From: an uncultured Chloroflexia bacterium
GTDB lineage: Bacteria > Chloroflexota > Chloroflexia > QHBQ01 > JADMIH01
Length of the DNA: 64,000 bases
Reading direction: 5' to 3'
NCBI GenBank assembly: GCA_963797095.1
Contig: CAWCNY010000006.1
Location: 800,001-864,000, forward strand
The position numbers and the translations under genes are program-made. Positions 41,600-50,871 of this stretch are shown here, one piece after another; positions within the stretch are counted from its first letter, which is position 1, and each line of letters starts with the position of its first letter. A model generated the notes under the pieces. It saw only the letters and a program-made list of their open reading frames with translations. It was not told the origin of the DNA and ran no database searches.

Positions 41600-42754
41600 A
41601 TGAAGTATGAAGCGATCATTGTGGGCGGCGGTATCATGGGGATGTCAACCGCCTACTCCTTGTTAAAGCGAGGTGTGAAACGGCTAGCGCTGCTTGAGAG
41701 GCACGTGGTTGCCCACGACCGCGCGGCGTCTACTGATTGGACGAAGGCCATCCGCTACGAGTACGCCGGCGACGAGCAATATTCGCGGATGGTGGGGCGG
41801 GCGATTACGCTCTGGCGCGACCTCGAAGCCCGCACTAGCTCAGACCTGTATGTGAATTGCGGCGTCACCTGTTGGGGCCGGGGCGAGCTTAACCTCAGCC
41901 ACGCCCGCCATTCCTACCTGACGGTGAGCAAGATTGGCATCCCGATCAGAGAAGTCAGCCCCGACGAGCTATGCCGTATCTACCCGCAGTTCGCCAGGGC
42001 CGATATCAGCTACGCCACCGTCAACCCCGAAGGTGGATTCCTGCGCTCTGCTGAGTGCGTGCGCGCTACCGGGCAAATAGTGCGCGCCCTGGGTGGCGAG
42101 GTGCGCGAGGAGAGTCCGGTCGTTGCGGTGGATATGGGCGATGGTGGAATCACAATCCATCTCGCTGGTGGCGAAGCCATATCATCGGAGCGAGCGGTGC
42201 TGACACCAGGCGCCTGGGGCGCGAAACTACTCCCCCAACTCGGCTTGAATTTGCAACTGACCGCCAATCGCCAGCAGGTAGTCTACATTGAGGGACTTGG
42301 ACAGGAATTCGCTCCTGGCCCTTTCCCGGTCTATCTCAACCTGGATCACGACTTTTACGGTTTCCCTCTGGATGCCAATGGCCTCCTGAAGACATCGCTC
42401 CACATACCCGGCCCCGTAATCGACCCGGAGCAGGTGCAGACCCCCGACCCGCAGTTTGAGGAGATTATCCTCGACTTCCTGCGCACCTACAGCCCCCGCG
42501 CTGCCCAGGGTCGCCTGCGTATGTCGCGTATGTGCATGTACTCCATGACCCCTACCGAGGACTTCATTCTAGGCCGCTTCCCCGGCACGAACAATGTAGT
42601 ATTGGGAGCGGGCTTCTCGGGCCACGGTTTCAAATTCGGCCCACTCATCGGTGAGCTACTGGCCGACCTCTTGCTTGGCAACGAACCTGAGTTTCCGATG
42701 GCACGGTTTGGCATCGATGCCAATATCACCGCGAATAAGCGCCTGGATCCCTGA
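41600..42754 (+). CDS. FAD-dependent oxidoreductase (monomeric sarcosine oxidase/SolA-like)
   Basis: VGGGIMG, CMYSMTP.EDFI and GFSGHGFKFGP motifs. Confidence 0.88.
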   Translation: MKYEAIIVGGGIMGMSTAYSLLKRGVKRLALLERHVVAHDRAASTDWTKAIRYEYAGDEQYSRMVGRAITLWRDLEARTSSDLYVNCGVTCWGRGELNLSHARHSYLTVSKIGIPIREVSPDELCRIYPQFARADISYATVNPEGGFLRSAECVRATGQIVRALGGEVREESPVVAVDMGDGGITIHLAGGEAISSERAVLTPGAWGAKLLPQLGLNLQLTANRQQVVYIEGLGQEFAPGPFPVYLNLDHDFYGFPLDANGLLKTSLHIPGPVIDPEQVQTPDPQFEEIILDFLRTYSPRAAQGRLRMSRMCMYSMTPTEDFILGRFPGTNNVVLGAGFSGHGFKFGPLIGELLADLLLGNEPEFPMARFGIDANITANKRLDP

Positions 42755-42879
42755 TTCTGGCGCTCCTTTTGTGCAACACAAGACCCGATTCTTGCGTATA
42801 ATACAGTAGACGCCCCCCACACGTTGGGACGTTTTCTAAGCGCACCTAAAAATGAGATATGACCGCATAGGAGCATATA

Positions 42880-43608
42880 ATGTTTTTTGACATCAGATAT
42901 CTGCTATTCGTACTTTTGCCCACGATGGCGCTGGCGGCGTTTGCCCAGTGGTGGGTCCGTAGCGCATTTCAGCAGGCTTCGCAAATACCAAACAGACAAA
43001 GATTAACCGGGGCCCAGGCCGCCCGCTCTATCCTCGACCATGCCGGCCTCACATACGTACCCATCCAGCCGACGCAATCGGCGGCCGTGAGGCAAGCTAT
43101 GGGTTCAACTGCCAGCCTTGACGACCACTACGACCCACGCGACAAGACACTCCACCTGTCGGGTGCCGTCTATGGCAGCGCGTCGATTGCCGCAGTTGCG
43201 GTGGCGGCGCACGAGGCAGGCCACGCAGTACAGGACGCGCAGGGCTACGCGCCGATGCGTCTGCGAGCAGCCATAGTGCCTGCCGCCAATATCGGCTCGA
43301 ACCTGGGCATCTTTATAGTGATCATCGGCGTAATCATGGGATCGATACAGCTCGCGTGGCTCGGTATCGGCGCGTTCTCGCTTGGCGTAATATTCGCCCT
43401 CCTCACCCTCCCGGTCGAGTTGAACGCCAGCTCGCGGGCACTGCAACTCCTTACCACCACGGGCATCGTAGACCAGGCCGAGATGCCCCAGGCCAAAGCA
43501 GTTTTGCGTGCGGCAGCTTTCACCTATGTAGCCGGTCTCGCCGCAGCCGTGCTCAACCTTCTCTACTGGGTTATGCTGGTGTCGGGAATGGGCGGACGCC
43601 GCAGGTAA
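42880..43608 (+). CDS. Neutral zinc metallopeptidase (YugP-like)
   Basis: DHYDP, AAHEAGHA.Q, TLPVE.NAS.RA and AAFTYVA motifs. Confidence 0.92.
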   Translation: MFFDIRYLLFVLLPTMALAAFAQWWVRSAFQQASQIPNRQRLTGAQAARSILDHAGLTYVPIQPTQSAAVRQAMGSTASLDDHYDPRDKTLHLSGAVYGSASIAAVAVAAHEAGHAVQDAQGYAPMRLRAAIVPAANIGSNLGIFIVIIGVIMGSIQLAWLGIGAFSLGVIFALLTLPVELNASSRALQLLTTTGIVDQAEMPQAKAVLRAAAFTYVAGLAAAVLNLLYWVMLVSGMGGRRR

Positions 43609-43650
43609 CACAGGTTCGGCATTATGTTTGCAGAACTACACCCTGGTTCT

Positions 43651-43689
43651 AATAGAGAAATTGGCGGCGAAGCCGCCAATTTCTCTATT
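43651..43689. repeat. Long palindrome (GGCGGC-core family)
   Basis: aatagagaaattggcggc-gaa-gccgccaatttctctatt. Confidence 0.85.
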
Positions 43690-43760
43690 TTCGAGTAAAA
43701 TAGCGTAGGCACACATATTGCTCCACACCCGGTATTACCCCTGCAGGAGGGACAAATCGT

Positions 43761-45392
43761 ATGGACACCACATATAACGAGTTTGAAGGCACTGAGCTTG
43801 ATCCTTCAGTCGATTATGACTGGGAGGAAGACGAAGGCAACGATCTTTTGCCCATAATCGGTGCGTCGGCGGCGGTAGCTGCCGTAGCCGGAGGTTTGCT
43901 GGTGCTGGCCGGTCGCAAGCACAACCCTACTCCTCAGGAGCGAGTTGAGAAGGTGGTCGAGGAGGTACAAAAGCGCGGAAAGAAAGGCGCTAAAGCCGTG
44001 GCGCAGGCTGTCGAGGACGCCCAACTGGGAGAGCTTCTTTCCCAGGCAGTAGACAAAGCCCGCGACCTGTCAGGCTCTGCCGCCGAGGCGGTACAGGACG
44101 GCAAACTGGCGGGCCTCCTTGATGATGCCCTCGCGCAGACCCGCAAAGCTGTCAATCGCCTCGATATCGCCGACACTGTAGGAGAAACTGCTGCCGATGT
44201 CCGTAAGGACCTGGGTAAACGCGTCAAGAAGGCACGACACGCCATCTCCCGGATCGACGTGGGCGAGACAGTGAGTGTTACACGCAAGCGGGCCGAAGAC
44301 ATAGCTGGCAACTTACGCGACCTCGATGTGAACCGCGAGAGCGCGGTGAGCCTGCTTGACGCCCTCAAAGAGAAGTTGCTGGAGGCAGTCGAAGCGGTGC
44401 GTGAAGACCTCGCGCCGAAAGCAGTCGATGCCGTCCAGCAGGCCGCCGAAACAGTAAGCACTACCGTTCGTGAGGATCTGCTTCCTGCCGCCCAGGACAC
44501 CGTCGAGCACGTTCGTGACGAGATTCTTCCCGCCGCGAGCGAGCGAGTCTCGCAAGTAGTGGAAGATACCGAGCTGGATAAGAAGGCGCGCCAGCTGGCA
44601 AGCGCGGCCAAATCGGGCGCGGGTTCATTTACCGACCTGCTTCAAAAATTAGCGCTGGCGGTCCTTCACAAAGTGATGGACGAGCTATTGCCGGAGGCGA
44701 AAAAGGCCGGCAAAAAAGCCGCCGGCACTGCCCGCGATGATGTCGCCCCCGCAGTGGCCCAGAAGGTGCGTGAAGATGTGATGCCCAAGATCGGGGACGC
44801 GGCTACCTTCGCCCGTCATCGCGCAGGTGAAATTGCTTCTCAGGCCCCCGATGTGCTTGGCGATCTGCTCAAGCTGGCGCGCGAGCGCGTCGATGATATC
44901 ATAAGCAAGACGGAGCCGGTTGCGTCCGAGGCTGTCGAGCAGGGTAAGGCACGGCTGGCCGACCTTGCCGGAAGCACTAAGAACGGCGCTAGCGGCGCTG
45001 CCGCACGTGCCGGAGATGCCGCCGAGTATGCACGCCATCGAGCCTCTGACGCTGCCACCTTCGCCCGCCACCGCGCCGACGACGTGACGAGCGGCATCAA
45101 GCAAGGCAAAGATAATGTGACTGGTGCGGTGTCCTCGGTTGGGCAAGGAGTCACAGGCGCGGTCGGTACCGCCGTCGGCGCGACCGCTTCGGCCACCCGC
45201 GAGTTGACAGGTATCCTCTTCTGGCTATCGATGCTTGGCGGTCTCGTCCTGCTGGTGTTCGTGCCTGACCGCGAGAAGCAGAAAGAGTTTTGGAATAGCA
45301 CCCTCCAGTTCATGGGCGAGCTAAGAGAGATGTGGCGCGACCTGCAAGGCTCCGATTTCGAGGAGCTTCCCGAAGCAGACAATGGAAAGTAG
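43761..45392 (+). CDS. Ala-rich amphipathic-helix (apolipoprotein/LEA-like) protein with two terminal hydrophobic segments
   Basis: AGGAGG RBS, repeated 11/22-residue helical periodicity and (G/S)DAA(T/E)(F/Y)ARHRA x3. Confidence 0.7.
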   Translation: MDTTYNEFEGTELDPSVDYDWEEDEGNDLLPIIGASAAVAAVAGGLLVLAGRKHNPTPQERVEKVVEEVQKRGKKGAKAVAQAVEDAQLGELLSQAVDKARDLSGSAAEAVQDGKLAGLLDDALAQTRKAVNRLDIADTVGETAADVRKDLGKRVKKARHAISRIDVGETVSVTRKRAEDIAGNLRDLDVNRESAVSLLDALKEKLLEAVEAVREDLAPKAVDAVQQAAETVSTTVREDLLPAAQDTVEHVRDEILPAASERVSQVVEDTELDKKARQLASAAKSGAGSFTDLLQKLALAVLHKVMDELLPEAKKAGKKAAGTARDDVAPAVAQKVREDVMPKIGDAATFARHRAGEIASQAPDVLGDLLKLARERVDDIISKTEPVASEAVEQGKARLADLAGSTKNGASGAAARAGDAAEYARHRASDAATFARHRADDVTSGIKQGKDNVTGAVSSVGQGVTGAVGTAVGATASATRELTGILFWLSMLGGLVLLVFVPDREKQKEFWNSTLQFMGELREMWRDLQGSDFEELPEADNGK

Positions 45393-45405
45393 TTTGAATG
45401 ACAAT

Positions 45406-45459
45406 GGACGAAAGACGATGGACGAAGGCATGAGCACCTTCGTCCATCGTCTTTCGTCC
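45406..45459. repeat. Hairpin built from GACGAAG-type heptamers
   Basis: 23-bp perfect arms ggacgaaagacgatggacgaagg / ccttcgtccatcgtctttcgtcc. Confidence 0.8.
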
Positions 45460-45511
45460 TTCGTCCTATGTTATAATTCCATTGTGCAATATTGAACGAC
45501 CGGAGTAATTG

Positions 45512-46501
45512 ATGTTCAACTGGCTCAAACGTAAAGAGCAACCAAAAACAGAAGAAGAGATCAGAGAAGAGCAGGAGAAAGTCGAGGAAGGGCTAACACG
45601 CACGCGTCGTGGCCTCTTCCGCCAGGTAGTCTCCCTTTTCGAGGTGGACGAGATCACGGAGGACATCTGGGAGGATCTCGAAACCCTCCTCATCCAGGCC
45701 GATCTGGGCGTGGATACCACTGTAGCCCTCGTAGAGAGTCTGAAAGAACAGACGCGCATCGATCGTCTCAAGAAGCCCAGGGATGTATACGAGCTACTGC
45801 AAGATGCTCTGGTAGACATCCTCACCAAGCCCGAGCGCGACCTGCAAGCCCGCCAGTCGGCCAACGGCGCTCAAGCACCCCAGGAACCACGTCCCTATGT
45901 AGTGTTGGTTGTAGGCGTCAACGGCGTCGGCAAGACCACCACCATAGCCAAGCTGACCAAGTATTACCGCGACCGTGGGCGCAACGTCGTGATCGCCGCC
46001 GGAGATACCTTCCGAGCCGCCGCCATCGACCAGCTACAGATCTGGGCCGACCGCGTGGGCGCGCCTCTCATCCGCCACGAGCACGGAGCCGATCCCGGCG
46101 CTGTGGTCTTCGACGCTGTAGAGGCCGCCAAGGCCCGCAACGCCGACATCCTGATCATCGACACCGCGGGTCGCCTCCACACTAAAACAAACCTGATGGA
46201 AGAGCTACGCAAGGTGAAGAAGATCATCTCTACCCGCCTCCCCGGTGCGCCCGATGAGACCCTGCTCGTCCTCGATGCCACCACAGGCCAGAACGGCCTC
46301 CAACAGGCCAAAGTCTTCACCGAGGTGGCCGAGGTGACCGACGTAGCGGTAGCCAAGCTAGACGGCACGGCCAAAGGCGGCATAGTGTTCGCCATAGCCC
46401 GCGAGCTAAAACTACCTATACGCTACGTAGGCACCGGAGAGAAGATCACAGACCTCGCCGAGTTCGACGCACGTGGATTCGTGAAGGCGCTGTTCGCCTG
46501 A
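45512..46501 (+). CDS. ftsY: SRP receptor FtsY
   Basis: GVNGVGKTTT, DTFRAAA, DTAGR and KLDGTAKGG motifs. Confidence 0.97.
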   Translation: MFNWLKRKEQPKTEEEIREEQEKVEEGLTRTRRGLFRQVVSLFEVDEITEDIWEDLETLLIQADLGVDTTVALVESLKEQTRIDRLKKPRDVYELLQDALVDILTKPERDLQARQSANGAQAPQEPRPYVVLVVGVNGVGKTTTIAKLTKYYRDRGRNVVIAAGDTFRAAAIDQLQIWADRVGAPLIRHEHGADPGAVVFDAVEAAKARNADILIIDTAGRLHTKTNLMEELRKVKKIISTRLPGAPDETLLVLDATTGQNGLQQAKVFTEVAEVTDVAVAKLDGTAKGGIVFAIARELKLPIRYVGTGEKITDLAEFDARGFVKALFA

Positions 46502-46553
46502 TCTGATAGTTGGTACTGAAAATCCGACTACCGACTACACGGAGTATCCTTGA

Positions 46554-47927
46554 ATGTTCGAAAACCTGACAGATAGACTAAACGGAGCCTTCGCCCGCCT
46601 GAGCAGCAAAGGCCGCCTCGACGAAGCAGATATAGATGAGGCTATGAAAGAAGTACGTCGTGCCCTCCTTGAGGCCGACGTCAACTTCAAAGTGGTCAAG
46701 CAGTTCGTGGACAGAGTCAAAGAGCGCGCCATGGGCGCAGAAGTGCTCAAGAGCCTCACCCCCGCGCAGATGGTGGTCGGCATCGTCCACGACCAACTTG
46801 TAGAGCTATTAGGCGAAGCCTCCAAGCTCAACATGGCAAAGACCCCGCCCACGATCATCATGATGGTGGGCCTCCAGGGGTCCGGCAAGACCACCACCGC
46901 CGCCAAGTTGGCCCTCCAACTCCGCAAAGCGGGCCAGAACCCTCTACTGGTCGCCGCCGACGTATATCGCCCCGCAGCCGTCCACCAGTTGCAGCAACTG
47001 GGCAAGCAGCTAGGCGTGATCGTCTACTCCGAGCCTGCGGGCGCTAACCCTGTCAACATCGCCGTCAACGGTGTGCGGCAGGCGCAGGCACAAAGCCACA
47101 CCCCCGTTATCATAGACACTGCGGGCCGCCTCCACATCGACGAAGCCATGATGCAAGAGGTCGCCAACATCAAAGCACGTCTCAACCCCACGGAAGTGCT
47201 GCTCGTGGTGGATGCTATGACTGGCCAGGATGCCGTACGCGCCGCGTCTGAGTTCAATGAAAAGGTCGGGATCACCGGCCTCATCATGACCAAGATGGAC
47301 GGCGACACCCGTGGCGGCGCGGCCCTCTCGGTGCGCGAAGTAACGGGCGTGCCGATCAAGTTCATGGGCACAGGCGAGAAGCCCGACGCCCTCGAACCCT
47401 TCTATCCCGATCGCCTGGCCTCCCGCATCCTCGGCATGGGTGACGTGATGACCCTGGTCGAGCGCGCCCAGCAGGAGTTTGACGCCGACCAGGCCAGGGC
47501 GATGGAGAAGAAGCTACGCACCGCCACCTTCAATCTTGAGGATTTCCTCGGCCAGCTACAGTCGATCAAGAAACTGGGGCCACTTGAGCAGGTCCTGGGC
47601 ATGATCCCCGGCGTAGGACAGGCCATGCGCCAGCAGCAAGTCAACGTCAACGAAGACGACCTCAAGCACATTGAGGCCATAATCCGTTCCATGACCCCCC
47701 AGGAGCGCCACAACCCTGAGGTGATCAACAGCAGCCGCCGTCACCGCATCGCCAGAGGAAGCGGCACCACCACCCAGGATGTGAACGCCCTCCTGAAGCA
47801 GTTCAAAGAAATGCAAAAGATGATGAAGATGCTCACAGGGGGCGGCCCGAAGGGACCGGGCGGTATGCCGAAGGGCATGAAGGGAAAGATGCGAATGATG
47901 CGCAACGTGCGTGGCATGATGAAATAA
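46554..47927 (+). CDS. ffh: Signal recognition particle protein Ffh
   Basis: LLEADV, GLQGSGKTT, DTAGR, TKMDGDTRGG, RILGMGD and a Met-rich M domain. Confidence 0.98.
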   Translation: MFENLTDRLNGAFARLSSKGRLDEADIDEAMKEVRRALLEADVNFKVVKQFVDRVKERAMGAEVLKSLTPAQMVVGIVHDQLVELLGEASKLNMAKTPPTIIMMVGLQGSGKTTTAAKLALQLRKAGQNPLLVAADVYRPAAVHQLQQLGKQLGVIVYSEPAGANPVNIAVNGVRQAQAQSHTPVIIDTAGRLHIDEAMMQEVANIKARLNPTEVLLVVDAMTGQDAVRAASEFNEKVGITGLIMTKMDGDTRGGAALSVREVTGVPIKFMGTGEKPDALEPFYPDRLASRILGMGDVMTLVERAQQEFDADQARAMEKKLRTATFNLEDFLGQLQSIKKLGPLEQVLGMIPGVGQAMRQQQVNVNEDDLKHIEAIIRSMTPQERHNPEVINSSRRHRIARGSGTTTQDVNALLKQFKEMQKMMKMLTGGGPKGPGGMPKGMKGKMRMMRNVRGMMK

Positions 47928-48069
47928 CCCCGGCCTCAAAATCGATAACATGGCATGAAACATCCCGAATTTCCGATGAATACTCATGAACATACTATCC
48001 GGTTCTAAGAAGAGCAAAAACATGAAGCATCCCGAATTTTAGATCCAGCTATGCAGGCGTGCAATCTGG

Positions 48070-48121
48070 TTCTAAAAAGAGCGAAAATGGCGGCTAGCCG
48101 CCATTTTCGCTCTTTTTAGAA
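48070..48121. repeat. 52-bp perfect palindrome (GGCGGC-core family)
   Basis: ttctaaaaagagcgaaaatggcggct|agccgccattttcgctctttttagaa. Confidence 0.9.
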
Positions 48122-48476
48122 AGCCCCCCATTTTTATGGGGAGGGGTTGGGGTGGGGCCTTGGATCATCCTGATGCTGCCTTACACACGACCTCAAAATT
48201 CGGGGTGACTCAGGTCTTCATTCTATACCACACCCCACATCCCGCATTAAAACCTCTAATTTCGAGCTTCAAACTAAGAAAACGGTACATCCGAACACCT
48301 CAAGAATGTCCAGATTTGTCTCACCATTGCCATTTAGTATATGAGGGCAAGTCCAACCTACCTCCAAACAGCCTTACAAAAATCGAATCATCGACCGTAC
48401 TAAAGTATGCATTCCCATAACAAACGATACATAGTAGAACAGGAGAAAAACAGAGCACAAAACCTACAACGTCTCA

Positions 48477-49106
48477 TTACGTCATTGGCGCTTCATCTCG
48501 AATACTGGTGAGAGGGTGCTTACGCAACAGGTAAACCATCGCAACCAGCGACAGCAAGTGGACTCCCAGCGTAATCCACGATGCAACCGGAGCGCGGAAC
48601 GAATAGATGCTATCCCAGTCGCCGTAGAAATCGGGGTCAAGACTGAGCAGCGGGTATACCACAAGAGTTTGTACCAATTCAAGCACACCCAACTGGTATA
48701 GCACCAGCCGTAGTGTTGGCCTAATCTTCCACATAAGCGCGGCGGCCAACGAGATAATACCCAAGACATAGCTGACGAAATTGCCCGCAAGCGCCACATA
48801 CCAATCGAGCAGCGGACTATTCGATGCTGGCAGATATACTACATATCCCCAGTAGATGAAATAGTGGAGGCCAAGTACCTGGCTGCCGGTACTCCAGGCG
48901 GCCAGCATATGCCCGAGTTCGTGTAAGAGCACACCTATCGGGATGAGCAGGAAGAATGCTACTCCACCCGCAAGTTGCTGATTGCGCGCTGAAAGCCCGC
49001 CTGTCCAGAACTCGCGCCAGGAAGTAACCAATCGGTATAGAGTGAACGCCCCGGCAAGCAGGTAGATGACGGTAAATCCCGATAATGTGTCGCCTATGCC
49101 GCCCAA
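48477..49106 (-). CDS. Membrane metalloprotease-like protein (M50-like)
   Basis: LLHELGH within a TM segment, ALAG and GD motifs, multiple TM helices. Confidence 0.65.
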   Translation of the reverse strand: MGGIGDTLSGFTVIYLLAGAFTLYRLVTSWREFWTGGLSARNQQLAGGVAFFLLIPIGVLLHELGHMLAAWSTGSQVLGLHYFIYWGYVVYLPASNSPLLDWYVALAGNFVSYVLGIISLAAALMWKIRPTLRLVLYQLGVLELVQTLVVYPLLSLDPDFYGDWDSIYSFRAPVASWITLGVHLLSLVAMVYLLRKHPLTSIRDEAPMT

Positions 49107-49109
49107 GCT

Positions 49110-49463
49110 CTATTTGTCGCTCTCAGGGATTACCACTTCATATACAAGTGTGCTGCTGGCCGATGAGAGCGGACCTGTACGTCTGGCTTCTCCTTCCCCT
49201 GCCGGGTGGCCTCCCGTCTGAGGGACCTGTGGCCGTCCGTGTCCATGAGCCTGCGCGTGTGCCTGGCTCGATGTCCAGTTGTCGAGGGCTTGCTGATTAG
49301 CCCACCGCGTAACCGACATATATTCGTGCTCGCCCTTGAGTAGCTCGAAACCCATGAAGCCGGGTTGGTCGTCCACCAGCCCTGCTCTGTTGCGAAATCG
49401 CTCGGCGATCCTCTCGCCTTCCTCTGCCGACCCCACCGGGATGCGGACCATCACTACTATCAT
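49110..49463 (-). CDS. Antibiotic biosynthesis monooxygenase (IsdG-like heme-degrading) protein
   Basis: RF..R.GLV..QPGF.GFELL, TRW and W..S.AH..AH motifs. Confidence 0.8.
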   Translation of the reverse strand: MIVVMVRIPVGSAEEGERIAERFRNRAGLVDDQPGFMGFELLKGEHEYMSVTRWANQQALDNWTSSQAHAQAHGHGRPQVPQTGGHPAGEGEARRTGPLSSASSTLVYEVVIPESDK

Positions 49464-49594
49464 AATATGCCTCGTCTTTCCTCGTGCTATCAGGAAAATG
49501 CCTATCAAGTGATTATATCACGTAGCGCGATATGTGCTATATTTACATCACTTTTCGGGAGGTTCTCAGGGTATTGTGACGTTGAGGTAGCAGT

Positions 49595-49999
49595 ATGGTC
49601 GAGCATGAGGGCCGACAACTGTCCGTTGAAGACCCGCCAGCCAATCATACACACAAGGGGTCACGAACGGCATGGCGGGTTGCGCGTATAGGCTGCCTGG
49701 GGGTGCTCGTGCTCATGTGCGGCCTGGTCTCGGCCCTGACTATCGCTCTGCAATCCGGCCCCGCAAATATCGCCCTACCTTTCGACAACTACCTGAAAGT
49801 CGGCTCGGACGATTTCGTCCTCTCAGACTATTCGTTCCAGAACGGCACCACTTATTACCTCGATCTGAACGGCGGAGGAGTCCGCAACATCCTTCAAGTG
49901 GAGTACCTGGAAGACAAGCATGAATTGCAATTGGTGCTACACCACTCAGCCAGGGGCGACCGGGACGAAAATAAGCTACTGGAGATGAAGCTGCCTTGA
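49595..49999 (+). CDS. Hypothetical membrane protein
   Basis: GAGGT RBS, one TM helix, then a beta-rich domain. Confidence 0.6.
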   Translation: MVEHEGRQLSVEDPPANHTHKGSRTAWRVARIGCLGVLVLMCGLVSALTIALQSGPANIALPFDNYLKVGSDDFVLSDYSFQNGTTYYLDLNGGGVRNILQVEYLEDKHELQLVLHHSARGDRDENKLLEMKLP

Positions 50000-50139
50000 C
50001 AGAGAAAGGAAGAAAGCAGCAAAAAGCAGCAGGTTAGGTTCACTCGTCACTCGTCTTCCTTCGGCTGTCTATGCAACCCATCCACCTCAACTCACGTATA
50101 TGGAAATGATAGTGAAACCTACAGGTTAGGGGGAGCAAT

Positions 50140-50706
50140 ATGGCTTATCAGAGAGAAACAAAAGTGGGCGTTGGCACTCCGCCCAATCGCGTGAACGGCA
50201 CTCTGCCCGGCGGGCCGCTCACAACTACGCAGGAGCCGGTTGATTACAGTAACGGAGGCTCTCAAGCATCCAAAGTGGCGGGCACGGTCCGCCCACGCAC
50301 CGCACTCGAGCGCATCGGATTCTGGGTGATCGCTATCGCTGCCCTGGTCGTATTGATCGTGTTGGCGGGCGTGATCCTGCCTCCTCTGGTGGGTGGCCTC
50401 ATTTCAGCCACCTACATATCGGCCTTCGTGGCATTCCTCACGCTTATGAATCTAAAAAGACCTTCCGGTTGGGCCAATGCGGTGCTTGGACGCCGCGTCT
50501 TCCCTGTCCTGCCTCCAGGACAGGATAGCGACGTGTGGAGGCTGGCAGGCGTAAACGCTGTGCTTGTGTTCCTCTTCTCGTTCTTCTATCAGGTGATTGC
50601 CGCCACTTTCATCGGCCCATTCCTGGCAGGCATTATAGTCTTCGGCGGCCTGGTAGGCCTGGGCATTTTCTATAACCGCGCCCGCAAAGTGGTCGTCAAG
50701 CCCTAG
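50140..50706 (+). CDS. Hypothetical integral membrane protein
   Basis: GGGAG RBS and four hydrophobic segments. Confidence 0.65.
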   Translation: MAYQRETKVGVGTPPNRVNGTLPGGPLTTTQEPVDYSNGGSQASKVAGTVRPRTALERIGFWVIAIAALVVLIVLAGVILPPLVGGLISATYISAFVAFLTLMNLKRPSGWANAVLGRRVFPVLPPGQDSDVWRLAGVNAVLVFLFSFFYQVIAATFIGPFLAGIIVFGGLVGLGIFYNRARKVVVKP

Positions 50707-50734
50707 TGCATGATCAGGGAAGCAATTCGGGAAA

Positions 50735-50780
50735 GGGGGTGCAGGGGGCTTGTCCCATGCCGGGGTGTGGGGTGTCCCCA
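50735..50780. repeat. G-rich REP-like intergenic element
   Basis: gggggtgcagggggcttgtcccatgccggggtgtggggtgtcccca; single copy in this window, call based on recalled pattern. Confidence 0.35.
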
Positions 50781-50829
50781 CTCTCTCATCCCTATTCCCT
50801 ATCGTCTTCCCTGAAGATGCACTAGGAGA

Positions 50830-50871
50830 TAGTTTGGTAGCCGAATAAGTGTCTATTCGGCTACCAAACTA
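50830..50871. terminator. Hairpin overlapping the recQ stop codon
   Basis: tagtttggtagccgaata-agtgtc-tattcggctaccaaacta, 18-bp stem. Confidence 0.65.

Noticed and set aside
47928-48476. SRP RNA (ffs) next to ffh
   Set aside because: No recognisable helix-8 GNRA/AGCAG motif; the region is made of palindromic and REP-like repeats.
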